In this document: one piece after another, positions 46,685 through 55,970 of the stretch
Numbering within the stretch: position 1 is the stretch's first letter
Layout of the letters: each line of letters begins with the position of its first letter
Source of the DNA: Pyrinomonadaceae bacterium
GTDB lineage: Bacteria > Acidobacteriota > Blastocatellia > Pyrinomonadales > Pyrinomonadaceae
Assembly (NCBI GenBank): GCA_035276425.1
Contig: DATELP010000107.1
Location: 1 to 59,486 of the forward strand
Direction: 5' to 3'
Length of the DNA stretch: 59,486 bases
Notes under the pieces: generated by a model
The model's database searches: none
Told to the model about the DNA's origin: nothing
What the model saw: only the letters and a program-made list of their open reading frames with translations
Translations under genes and position numbers: made by a program

Positions 46685-47592
46685 TACAGAGCCGCTCCTC
46701 CGGACGTTGTCGGTGTGGCGGCAGTATTTCGTGCTTTCAGTAGCAGCAACATCGCAGCGATACCCAACAAAGTAATCACACCGGCAATCCGCATGATGTT
46801 CATCACGACCGCGCCGTATTTACCCGTAGCCGGATCGTAGTGATAGCAATAAAGCAGTAACTGATCGACCGGCGAACCGATCTTGTTTGCCGACGATTCG
46901 ATCAAACCGAGGCGCAGGTCGCGAGCCGGATACTCGATGCCGTAGTAGTAACGTGAAAGTTTTCCGTGCGGCGTCGTTACCATCACGGCGCTGGCGTGCG
47001 CAAACTGTTGCGTCTTCTCGTCCCAGCGATAACGAAATCCGGCGGCATCAGTGATCTTTGCGATGTTTTCCTGATCTCCGGTCAGGAAGTGCCAGCCATT
47101 CTCGGCGCCGGCGCGCATCTTCTCCGGCAGATAGTCGACGTAAACTTTTTTCTTCTTCGCGGCGAGCTCTGGTGTTTCGCGCGGGTCGAAGCTGATCGTC
47201 ACCACGTCGTACTCTTTGCTCATCTGAAACGGCAACACCCGAAACGAAGTCACCATGCCGTTGAGCACCTGCGTGCAGAGCATCGGGCAGTCGTAGTAAA
47301 CAAACGCGAGCACCACCGGTTTATGTCCGAAGTACTGGCCGAGCTTAACTTCGCGGCCGCTTTCATCACGAAACGTGAGATCGAGCGGAAGCTGTTGATC
47401 GAGCTTCTGATCGATGCGCACTTCTTGCAAAGCCTGTGGTAATCCCGTCGAAGGATTTCCGCTTGCCGGCCGCGCGCCGTAAAGCGGCGAACTCGGTCCC
47501 GGCGGCGCTTGCGCGGGCACGTTGGACCACGCCAGCACCACAAACAAAATCGCTAACAAGAACTTTGGTAAAACTTTCCCGCCTGATTTCAT
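46684..47592 (-). CDS. SCO-family copper chaperone-like protein with C-terminal TM
   Basis: Thioredoxin-like fold with CPMLC (CxxxC). It sits between the ACIII and oxidase genes. Confidence 0.75.
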   Translation of the reverse strand: MKSGGKVLPKFLLAILFVVLAWSNVPAQAPPGPSSPLYGARPASGNPSTGLPQALQEVRIDQKLDQQLPLDLTFRDESGREVKLGQYFGHKPVVLAFVYYDCPMLCTQVLNGMVTSFRVLPFQMSKEYDVVTISFDPRETPELAAKKKKVYVDYLPEKMRAGAENGWHFLTGDQENIAKITDAAGFRYRWDEKTQQFAHASAVMVTTPHGKLSRYYYGIEYPARDLRLGLIESSANKIGSPVDQLLLYCYHYDPATGKYGAVVMNIMRIAGVITLLGIAAMLLLLKARNTAATPTTSGGAAL

Positions 47593-48158
47593 TGCAACTT
47601 CTTCTCAGTCTCGCGCGCGGAACTCCAGGCCGTCGGCATGCTGATCGCGTAGTCCGTCAGTTTGCCGGGCGCGCTCTGTGCTCGCGTTGGCAAGCCACCG
47701 CCGGAAACAACCTTATCGATCGCCTGGTCAATCGGAATCGCAACTGGATTGCCGGATTGATCCTTCATTTCACCGCTCAGTATTTTTTCCCACTCTTGTC
47801 GCAAAACCCGGTATTCCGCTTGTGGCTCCCGGTTCTGTAGATTGACTCGCTGTCCGTCTTCCAACGTCACTGCAAAGCCCGGAGCCGCCTGCAAACGCGG
47901 TTCGGGCGGCAGTCGTTCTTTATCTGACAACGCCATCGGACCCGGCTGACGCTCTTTCGCTGCCTGTGCGTCGAAGTATTTGAAAAGCACAACCATGCCC
48001 AATGAAATCGCGATCGTCGCGATTGTCAGCACTGCCACAAACGTCGCGACTCCGGACACACTGACGTCGCTCGCTTCGTGTTCGACCTCGACGTTTCGAA
48101 TGTGCGAAACGTCCGGCGTTTCAGTTTTATGACCGTTACTCTTTCCGTTCCGTGTCAT
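47589..48158 (-). CDS. Single-pass membrane protein coupled to actF and SCO (possible accessory subunit)
   Basis: One TM (VATFVAVLTIATIAISLGMVVLF). ATGA overlaps at both ends. No family recognised. Confidence 0.6.
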   Translation of the reverse strand: MTRNGKSNGHKTETPDVSHIRNVEVEHEASDVSVSGVATFVAVLTIATIAISLGMVVLFKYFDAQAAKERQPGPMALSDKERLPPEPRLQAAPGFAVTLEDGQRVNLQNREPQAEYRVLRQEWEKILSGEMKDQSGNPVAIPIDQAIDKVVSGGGLPTRAQSAPGKLTDYAISMPTAWSSARETEKKLQ

Positions 48159-49330
48159 CTGTGTACATCCGTAGCCATTACTGACTCAAACTGCGGATCG
48201 TTGATCGGAATCAACGCTCGCTTGCTCAACTGCCACGCCAGCAGTCCGAGCCACAATCCACCAAAACCGAGTAGCGCAATCACATCGAGCCAGATCCAGT
48301 GATGCTCCTTAAACGCGGGCACCAGCATCCACAACAGATCGACCATGCGCATGACGATAATCAACAACGCGACCAGCACCAGCCGCTGCGGATTTCGTTT
48401 CAGACTGCGCGAGAGCAGAAACAGAAATGGCGCCGCGAAGTGGAGCAGCCCGATGGTGATAATCACCGCGCCCCACAAGCCGTGCGTGCGTTCGAGGTAA
48501 TAACCGATCTCTTCCGGCAGATTTCCCGACCAGATGATCAGGTACTGCGAAAACGCGAAATACGCCCATAACATCACGAGCGCGAGCAGCAGCTTTCCGA
48601 GATCGTGGAAGTGCAGCGGCTTTACGACGTGTTTCAGTGGTTCATCTCTCGTCAGAAACGCCAGCATCGCGATCACGAAAGCCAGAGCGCTCAAACTCCA
48701 CGATGCGACGAAGATGAAACCGTAAATCGTCGAGAACCATTCCGGCTCGAGCGACATGTACCAGTCGACCGAAGCAAACGTGACGCTGAAAATCACCGCG
48801 ACCATGCCGCCACCGCTCAACACGCGCATCTTTTTCGTGTAGCGATTGTCGGCGGTGCGATCCTGTTCGAGCGACCAGCGATTCAAAAAGTAGGCGAGCG
48901 CGATCCAGACGGCGAAGTAAATAACCGTGCGCACGATGAAGAACGACACGTTCAAATAAGGCGTCTTGAACGCCACGACCGCATCGTGCTCCAGCACCTC
49001 GTGATCGCTCCACGGGTAGATCGAGTGCGCGCCGATTATGACCGGAATGAACAACAGCGCCATTATCGGCAGCAATCGCGTCGCCGCTTCCAAAATGCGC
49101 CGGATGACAAAACCCCAACCGCCGCCGGTCAGGTGTTGCAACATCAAAAGCGCGAGCGAGCCGACGCCGATGCCGGTCCAGAACGTCCAGCCGAGAAGGT
49201 ACGCCTGGAAAAATTGTCGCCAATCGAGAAACGCCGATCCGAGCAGCAAAACCAGGAACGAGCCGCCCACCAGGAGTGCCGGTTGCCGGATCGATACAAT
49301 CTGCGGCGGAGGATTGAATGATTGACTCAT
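48155..49330 (-). CDS. actF: Alternative complex III subunit ActF (NrfD-like membrane subunit)
   Basis: About 10 TM segments, paralog-like to ActC, at the expected position in the act operon. Confidence 0.8.
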   Translation of the reverse strand: MSQSFNPPPQIVSIRQPALLVGGSFLVLLLGSAFLDWRQFFQAYLLGWTFWTGIGVGSLALLMLQHLTGGGWGFVIRRILEAATRLLPIMALLFIPVIIGAHSIYPWSDHEVLEHDAVVAFKTPYLNVSFFIVRTVIYFAVWIALAYFLNRWSLEQDRTADNRYTKKMRVLSGGGMVAVIFSVTFASVDWYMSLEPEWFSTIYGFIFVASWSLSALAFVIAMLAFLTRDEPLKHVVKPLHFHDLGKLLLALVMLWAYFAFSQYLIIWSGNLPEEIGYYLERTHGLWGAVIITIGLLHFAAPFLFLLSRSLKRNPQRLVLVALLIIVMRMVDLLWMLVPAFKEHHWIWLDVIALLGFGGLWLGLLAWQLSKRALIPINDPQFESVMATDVHR

Positions 49331-49998
49331 TGATGTCCTCCGGCGGCTGGTGTTGGTGACGGCAATGGCGAACTGCCAGGCACTGGCGCCGTCAGTTGCA
49401 CGTTTTGCTGGCTCAGTTGCAGTGCGCGGACGTAGGCGATAATGGCCCAGCGATCCTGCACGGGAATCTGTGATGCGTAGGACGGCATCGCGCCCCAGCC
49501 GTTGGTGATCGCGTCGAAGTAGTGGCCCACGGGCGCCTGGCGCAAACGATCGTCATTGAACGAAGCGGCGCGGCGAAAGCCACGGCGCACGATCATGCCG
49601 TCGCCGTTGCCGGTCAGGCCGTGACAAACGCTACAGAAGATCTCGTAACGCTGTCGTCCGCGTTCGACAGTCTCTTTAGTGATCGGAAATGGGAAAGTAT
49701 CCGTGTCATCCGTGTACGGGTTTGTGGTTGAAGGAGCAGTAGACACGGATGAAGAGGAGTTCGATTTCTTACCCGTGAAGAGCTCAGTATCCGTGCGCAG
49801 AAAACCGCGCGGCACAGTTCCCGGAATCGGTTGCCGCATCGAAAGCCCGTCACCAAAGAACGACGTCCCGCGATACGGCTTCATCTTCGGCTGATCCTGC
49901 ATGTCTCGCCGACACGCCGTGCCAGCCGACACGCCGATCAACAGAACCCCAATCCCGAGAATTTGCTTAAACCTCGACATCACTAACTTCGATCGCAT
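49327..49998 (-). CDS. actE: Alternative complex III subunit ActE (monohaem cytochrome c, lipoprotein-like signal)
   Basis: A single CSVCH motif and a signal ending AGTAC. Confidence 0.8.
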   Translation of the reverse strand: MRSKLVMSRFKQILGIGVLLIGVSAGTACRRDMQDQPKMKPYRGTSFFGDGLSMRQPIPGTVPRGFLRTDTELFTGKKSNSSSSVSTAPSTTNPYTDDTDTFPFPITKETVERGRQRYEIFCSVCHGLTGNGDGMIVRRGFRRAASFNDDRLRQAPVGHYFDAITNGWGAMPSYASQIPVQDRWAIIAYVRALQLSQQNVQLTAPVPGSSPLPSPTPAAGGHQ

Positions 49999-50536
49999 GC
50001 AAACTTTTCAACAACTGCACCACCGCGTCGTGATCGAACTTCGGATCGTTTGCCTCAACCGCCAGAAAGAACCGGTCGCGCGTCGCGAGCGCGAAGTTCG
50101 GCGCGTTGAAGACCGGGTGATACGGTTGCGGCAGCTTGTTCAGCACCAGCATTCCCAAAACCGCCGAGAACGCCGCGAACAGCACCGTCATTTCAAAAGT
50201 AATCGGAATGAAAGCAGGCCAACTGTTGTAAGGCTTACCGCCGACGTTGAGCGGATAGTCGATCACTTCTATCCAGTACTGCATGAAAAACCCGCTCAAT
50301 CCACCGATCACGCCGCCGATAAAAACGATCAGCGGCAAACTCGTGTGCGTGAACCCGATCGCTTCCGAAAGCTCTTCAATCGGATACGGCGAATAGCCAT
50401 TAATGCGCCGGTAGCCCGCTTCGTAAACCTTTTCCGCGGCATGGACCAACTCGTTCGGACCCTCAAACTCCGCGATCACGCCGTACAGTGGCGGCGCATG
50501 ACGCGGGTGATGAATGAGTGGTGGCCGAGCAGACAT
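49967..50536 (-). CDS. actD: Alternative complex III subunit ActD
   Basis: About 189 aa with two TM segments, positioned between actC and actE. Confidence 0.75.
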   Translation of the reverse strand: MSARPPLIHHPRHAPPLYGVIAEFEGPNELVHAAEKVYEAGYRRINGYSPYPIEELSEAIGFTHTSLPLIVFIGGVIGGLSGFFMQYWIEVIDYPLNVGGKPYNSWPAFIPITFEMTVLFAAFSAVLGMLVLNKLPQPYHPVFNAPNFALATRDRFFLAVEANDPKFDHDAVVQLLKSLHAIEVSDVEV

Positions 50537-50539
50537 CGC

Positions 50540-51928
50540 TTATTCCTCAACCTCTGCTTCCGGCAGGATCGTGCGCATCTCAAAAATCGAAATCATCGGC
50601 AGGAACCGGATGAACAGGAACAGCAGCGTAAAGAAGAAGCCGATCGTGCCGATGAACATGGCCCAGTCCCACTGCGTCGGCTGATACATGCCCCACGACG
50701 ACGGCAGAAAATCGCGGTGCAAACTCGTCACCACGATCACGAAGCGCTCGAGCCACATGCCGATACTGACGATGAACGAAATGATCCACAGCCAAACCAG
50801 ATTCGAGCGAATCTTCTTGAACCACAAAAACTGCGGCGTGATGATGTTGCACAAGATCAACGCCCAGTAATAAAGGTGGTAGGGACCGTGCATGCGGTTC
50901 CAGATCATGAAGCGTTCGTACTTGTTGCCGCTATACCAGCCGAAGAACGCCTCCATCGTGTAGCCGTAACCGACGATCAATCCGGTCGCGAGCATCACCT
51001 TCGCCATGTTGTGCATGTGGCGCATGGTGATGAAGCCTTCCAGGCCGTAAAACTTGCGCAGCGGAATCGTCAGCAGCAGCACCATCGCGAAGCCCGCGTA
51101 GATCGCGCCGGCGACGAAGTACGGCGGGAAGATCGTCGCGTGCCAACCAGGAAGTATGCCGACGGCGAAGTCGAAACTGACGATCGTGTGTACTGAAAGC
51201 ACGAGCGGCGTCGCGAGACCTGCGAGCAGCAGATACGCCATTTCGTAGCGATGCCAGTGACGGGCGGAACCGCGCCAGCCCATTGCGAGCAAGCCGTAGA
51301 GCATTTGAAACGGTTTGCTACGGGCGCGATCGCGCAGTGTCGCGAAGTCGGGAATCAAACCGACGAACCAGAACATCGCGGAAACCGTCGCGTACGTCGA
51401 AACCGCAAACACGTCCCACATCAGCGGGCTGCGAAACTGCGGCCAGATTCCCATCGTGTTTGGATAGGGAAACAGCCAGTACATCAACCACGGACGACCC
51501 AGGTGGAAAATCGGATACATGCCGGCTTGGGCGACGGCGAAGAGCGTCATCGCTTCGGCGAAGCGGTTGATGGACGTGCGCCAGCGTTGGCGCAGGAGCA
51601 ACAGGATTGCGGAGATCAGTGTGCCGGCGTGACCGATTCCGATCCACCAGACGAAGTTGAGAATGTCGATGCCCCACGCGACGGGAACGTTGACGCCCCA
51701 CAAACCGATACCGACGAAGACGAGGTTCGTGATCGCCAGCAACATGAGTTGGAAGAGCGCGAAGGAGATCGCGAAACCGAAGAACCACGCGATCGACGTC
51801 TTGCGTTTCAAGACGATCGAGCTGATTTTGTCGGTCACTGAGGCAAACGTCAGCCCGGGATCGATCACGGGCGCCGTCGAGTGCATCGGACCTTCGGTGT
51901 AGGGTTTCTTTGGTTCTTCGTCGGCCAT
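50540..51928 (-). CDS. actC: Alternative complex III subunit ActC (NrfD/PsrC-like quinol-interacting membrane subunit)
   Basis: About 10 TM segments and 462 aa, following actB. Confidence 0.85.
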   Translation of the reverse strand: MADEEPKKPYTEGPMHSTAPVIDPGLTFASVTDKISSIVLKRKTSIAWFFGFAISFALFQLMLLAITNLVFVGIGLWGVNVPVAWGIDILNFVWWIGIGHAGTLISAILLLLRQRWRTSINRFAEAMTLFAVAQAGMYPIFHLGRPWLMYWLFPYPNTMGIWPQFRSPLMWDVFAVSTYATVSAMFWFVGLIPDFATLRDRARSKPFQMLYGLLAMGWRGSARHWHRYEMAYLLLAGLATPLVLSVHTIVSFDFAVGILPGWHATIFPPYFVAGAIYAGFAMVLLLTIPLRKFYGLEGFITMRHMHNMAKVMLATGLIVGYGYTMEAFFGWYSGNKYERFMIWNRMHGPYHLYYWALILCNIITPQFLWFKKIRSNLVWLWIISFIVSIGMWLERFVIVVTSLHRDFLPSSWGMYQPTQWDWAMFIGTIGFFFTLLFLFIRFLPMISIFEMRTILPEAEVEE

Positions 51929-51937
51929 TTCTTATAA

Positions 51938-51997
51938 GCCACAGACAAACACGGATGACACTGAGAAAGTCAGTGTCAGTCTGTGTTCATCCGTGGC
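51938..51997. repeat. Pseudo-palindrome of CACnGAy units in the actB-actC junction
   Basis: GCCACAGACaaaCACGGATgaCACTGA-gaaag-TCAGTGTCAGTCTGTGTTCATCCGTGGC. The right arm contains the actB stop codon. Confidence 0.7.
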
Positions 51998-54900
51998 TGA
52001 TTTCCGGATTCGGGTTCTTCAACTGCGTCAAATAAGTCGTGCGCGGCTTGGTGTTCAATTCACCCAGCAGCGAATAATTCCGCTGATTTTCCTTCAGCTT
52101 CGACACGCGGCTGTTCGGATCGTTAGTGTCACCAAAAACAATCGCCTCAGTCGGGCAAACGGCCTGACACGCAGTCACGATCTCGCCGTCGCGCACTTTT
52201 CTGTCTTCAAGTTCCGCGGTGATCTTCGCGTTCTGAATGCGCTGCACGCAGTAAGTGCATTTCTCCATCACGCCGCGGCTGCGCACCGAAACTTCCGGGT
52301 TGCGCATCAACTGGTACGTCGGCGTGTCCCAATCCTGATAAAGGAAGAAATTGAAGCGGCGCACTTTGTACGGGCAGTTGTTCGAACAATACTTCGTGCC
52401 GACACAGCGGTTGTAAACCATGTCGTTCAGACCTTCAGCGCTGTGGACCGTCGCGTGAACCGGACAAACGGGCTCACACGGCGCGTTCTCGCAGTGCATA
52501 CACGGCACCGGCATGAAATTCATGCCTTTCACATCATTCGGATCGAAGCCCTGGAAATAGGTGTCGACGCGGATCCAGTGCATCTCGCGGCTGCGAACGA
52601 CTTCGTGCTTGCCGACGACCGGAATGTTGTTTTCAGACTGGCAGGCGATGGTGCAGCCGTTGCAACCGATGCAATTGTTCAGATCGATCGCCATGCCCCA
52701 CGCGTAGTTGGGCGCGTTCTCTGCCTGGTTCTTATAGTCGTACTCGGGATAAATCGTCGGATGTTCGTGCTCGTCGTGTTTCGGATGGTTCAGAAACTCT
52801 TCGAGCGTTTCGGAGCGAACGACGTCGCGCTGCTCGGTGCTGAAGTTTGGATCTTCGAGATTGAAGTGAAGCTGGGTCGTTGCGAGCAGATGTTGTCCGT
52901 TGGTGGCGCGGATCTGAACACCGCTATTGAACCACGGCTCGTACGACGTGCGAATGCTGTAAGCGTCAAAGCCGACGCGTTCATCCGGATTCGCCGCACC
53001 GCCAACGCGTCCGGCGAGGCGACGGCCGTAGCCAAGATGCACCGTGATGACGTTATCGGGCTGGCCGGGCATGACCCAAACGGGCACGCCGCGCAACGTG
53101 CGTCCCTGTTGATCGACGATATCGATCATGGGAACGTAGTGCTCGCGGCCGTGGGCGGCGTTTTCCGGTCGCGGACCGAGCGTGAGCGCTTGCGACGAAT
53201 TCGGGCTCACAATAGCGACGTTGTCCCACGTGATCTTGGTTAACGGTTTCGGCAGTTCCTGAAGCCAGCCGTTGTTTGCGAAGCGTCCGTCATAGACTGA
53301 CGGGTCGGTGCGGAAAACAACTTCGAAGCCACCCGCAGCGGCTTGCGCAGGTTGATTTTGCGGCTGGTTTCCGAGATTCGCGCTGAGCGAAACAGTTTTT
53401 GTTTGAAAGGTCGAGTTGGGGATAAATCCGTCGTGAATCGACTGGCGCCACCAGGTTTCAAAATCGGTTGTAGCGCTCGGCGTTGGTGCTGAAGCAGCCG
53501 CGGGACTAGCTGCCGGACTCGCGCTTGGCGCAGGAACAGCGCCGAGTTTTGTGCGCTCCTGCGTCCAGAAAGCCTTCACGATGTCGTAAGGCTTGCGATC
53601 GTACTGGTCCGAGAAGACTGCGAGCAGTTCGAGCGCGGTCTTGCCTTCGTAAAGCGGCTCGATCAGCGGTTGCACTATGGTGACTGTGCCGTCGTAAGAA
53701 CGCGCGTCGCCCCACGATTCGAGGTAGTGCGCGGCCGGCACGTGCCAATGACACAACTCGGAAGTCTCGTCTTTGTACTCGCTGAGATGAACGCGAAGTT
53801 TGGCTTTCTTCAGCCGCTCGAAATCCAGTTTTAGATCCGCCGGCGTGTTGTAAACGGGATTGCCGCCGATCATGACCAGCAACTCCACACGTCCTGCATC
53901 GAGATCGTCAACCAAAGCTTTTAAGGATTCACGTTGGCCTTCCGATCTCACTTCCAGCGGATCGGTGTAAAAAACCGTCTTGCCGACGTTCCCGAGCGCG
54001 TTGTTCATCGCATGCGCCATCGCATGAACGATCGGCGGCTGACTCTCACCCGCGATTACGATGCTTGCGCCTTTGTGCTGCTGAAGATCACGCATGACGG
54101 CGTCGAGCGGAACACCATCGGCGCTCTGCACTCTTACGTCGTACTGCTCGGTGCCCGACGCTCCACTGCCTTTAGCCAGGAGACTCGCGATACCAACCAT
54201 CTGACTCGGCTTCACGTTCCATGTGTGATCCGCCATCGCGCCCGTGTTGGTCGGCGTCGTCTCGATCACGTAAAGACGATTCATCTCGCGATTGTTTTCC
54301 GTGACGCGTCTGCGCGCGATAAATTCTCGCGAATAACGCAAATATCCCGGCATCACCGGCGACAGAAAATCAGCATCTAGCGAGAGAACTCGCTGCGCGA
54401 GATCGAACCGATACGTCGTGTTCACCGGCTGGCTAAACGCCATCACTGCGCCCGCCCGCGAGTTGTCGTGATTCGCAGGCTCGTACTGGTGCCACTTCGC
54501 TCCCGGAAACGCCGTCAGCAACTCGTTCATCTGCGCGCCCAGCGTCGGCGACGTGATCGTTTCTGTCAGAAAACGAATGCCCGCGCCCTGTTTCGCGCGT
54601 TGTTCGTCCAACGCCGAACGCATCTCGCCGACAAACGCGGTCCACGTGCGAATGTCTTCACGAAACGTGAGCGTTTGCGAACGATCGGGATCGTACAAAC
54701 TCAAAATCGACGCTTGCGAAAAGATGTCTGTGGCGCTCGAACCGCGCGGATCGCGATACGGATCTTCAGCCGGAAAATCAACGGGACGGTTATTCGGATG
54801 GTCCGGATTGCCTTCGATTTTGGTAGGCCGGCCTTCGTTGCTGCGCACGAGAACCGGTATCGCGGCGCCAAAGAGCGGCGCGGCAGTCGCGAAGAAAAGT

Positions 54901-55223
54901 GCTTTGCCTGGAACGTATTCTTCCGGTTGTTTGACGTAGGGAACGATCTTCTCGGGCGGTTGAAAGACGCACCCACTCAAACCGGCGAGTGCCAGCGACG
55001 CACCCATCAACTTCAAAAACGTGCGGCGCTCGACCGGATCGTTCCAACCTTCCGCCTGTTGCGGAAACTCGCGGGCAACAAACTCGCGAAACACCGGCGT
55101 GTCCGCCAGTTCTTCCAGACTTCGCCAATACTTCTTACCACTGCGCGGCGCTTCATCATCCTGTAAAGCAAGAATGTGATCGCGCATTAGTTGGAAGTTT
55201 ATGTGACGATCGCTATCGCTCAT
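51987..55223 (-). CDS. actB: Alternative complex III subunit ActB (molybdopterin-oxidoreductase-like plus 4Fe-4S ferredoxin-like fusion)
   Basis: Tat-like signal RRTFLKLMGASLALAGLSGC. The C-terminal third has multiple CxxCxxCxxxCP clusters. 1078 aa. Confidence 0.88.
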   Translation of the reverse strand: MSDSDRHINFQLMRDHILALQDDEAPRSGKKYWRSLEELADTPVFREFVAREFPQQAEGWNDPVERRTFLKLMGASLALAGLSGCVFQPPEKIVPYVKQPEEYVPGKALFFATAAPLFGAAIPVLVRSNEGRPTKIEGNPDHPNNRPVDFPAEDPYRDPRGSSATDIFSQASILSLYDPDRSQTLTFREDIRTWTAFVGEMRSALDEQRAKQGAGIRFLTETITSPTLGAQMNELLTAFPGAKWHQYEPANHDNSRAGAVMAFSQPVNTTYRFDLAQRVLSLDADFLSPVMPGYLRYSREFIARRRVTENNREMNRLYVIETTPTNTGAMADHTWNVKPSQMVGIASLLAKGSGASGTEQYDVRVQSADGVPLDAVMRDLQQHKGASIVIAGESQPPIVHAMAHAMNNALGNVGKTVFYTDPLEVRSEGQRESLKALVDDLDAGRVELLVMIGGNPVYNTPADLKLDFERLKKAKLRVHLSEYKDETSELCHWHVPAAHYLESWGDARSYDGTVTIVQPLIEPLYEGKTALELLAVFSDQYDRKPYDIVKAFWTQERTKLGAVPAPSASPAASPAAASAPTPSATTDFETWWRQSIHDGFIPNSTFQTKTVSLSANLGNQPQNQPAQAAAGGFEVVFRTDPSVYDGRFANNGWLQELPKPLTKITWDNVAIVSPNSSQALTLGPRPENAAHGREHYVPMIDIVDQQGRTLRGVPVWVMPGQPDNVITVHLGYGRRLAGRVGGAANPDERVGFDAYSIRTSYEPWFNSGVQIRATNGQHLLATTQLHFNLEDPNFSTEQRDVVRSETLEEFLNHPKHDEHEHPTIYPEYDYKNQAENAPNYAWGMAIDLNNCIGCNGCTIACQSENNIPVVGKHEVVRSREMHWIRVDTYFQGFDPNDVKGMNFMPVPCMHCENAPCEPVCPVHATVHSAEGLNDMVYNRCVGTKYCSNNCPYKVRRFNFFLYQDWDTPTYQLMRNPEVSVRSRGVMEKCTYCVQRIQNAKITAELEDRKVRDGEIVTACQAVCPTEAIVFGDTNDPNSRVSKLKENQRNYSLLGELNTKPRTTYLTQLKNPNPEISHG

Positions 55224-55238
55224 TTCAAAAATTCAATT

Positions 55239-55907
55239 CTAACGGTGGCAAGTAGAACAGCTTTCCAAAACTCTTCGGCCCTGAATCTTGTATTCGGCCT
55301 TTAATCGAAGACCTTCGGCCAGTTGCTCCTGGCCCTTGTTTTCCCGCGGCCAGGTCATGTCGAAAATCTTGTCTTTCGGCCGCACGAAGCGCTCCGGCGC
55401 ACGGTGGCATTCCAAACACCATTCCATTTGCAGCGACGCCGCCTGATACATGATCGGTTGATCGTCGACGCGGCCGTGACACGTCGAACAACCGACGCCT
55501 TTCTTGATGTGAATACTGTGATTGAAGTAGGCGTAATCAGGCAGGTCGTGAACGCGAATCCATTCGAGCGGTTTGTTGGTGCGGAAACTTGCGCGAACCG
55601 GTTCCAGATACGGGCTGTCGGCCCAAATTTGCTTGTGACAGTTCATGCAGGTCGTCGTCGAAGGCAGACCTGCGGTTGCGGAAGTTTCCACAGACGTATG
55701 GCAATAACGGCAGTCGATGCCGTCGTCACCTACGTGATGCTTGTGACTGAATTGGACCGGTTGCTGACGTTCGACCCACTGGCCGGTATTCCATGACGAG
55801 CGATTCAATTCGACGGCGACCCAAAGGAGGGCGACTATGATAAAAACCGCGCCGTAGATAGTAATCTTCGCCAAAGCATTAGTGCTGTGGTGGAATATCT
55901 GTGGCAT
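55239..55907 (-). CDS. actA: Alternative complex III subunit ActA (pentahaem cytochrome c)
   Basis: Five CxxCH motifs (CRYCH, CMNCH, CSTCH, CLECH, CSTCH) after an N-terminal TM. Confidence 0.88.
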   Translation of the reverse strand: MPQIFHHSTNALAKITIYGAVFIIVALLWVAVELNRSSWNTGQWVERQQPVQFSHKHHVGDDGIDCRYCHTSVETSATAGLPSTTTCMNCHKQIWADSPYLEPVRASFRTNKPLEWIRVHDLPDYAYFNHSIHIKKGVGCSTCHGRVDDQPIMYQAASLQMEWCLECHRAPERFVRPKDKIFDMTWPRENKGQEQLAEGLRLKAEYKIQGRRVLESCSTCHR

Positions 55908-55970
55908 TGGAAAGAACGCACTTTATCAAATAGATCAAGAAATTCAAATTGGGCCACAGAACTGTGAGAC

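Noticed and set aside
49901-51196. 431-aa plus-strand ORF spanning actD and actC
   Set aside because: It is antisense to two well-recognised ACIII membrane-subunit genes. The product is extremely Arg/His/Asp-rich and of low complexity, as is typical of the reverse frame of GC-biased genes. There is no SD.
51993-53243. 416-aa plus-strand ORF inside actB
   Set aside because: It is antisense to the FeS-cluster region of ActB, which has unmistakable CxxCxxCxxxCP motifs. The product has an Arg/Ala/Val-rich composition with no recognisable motif.
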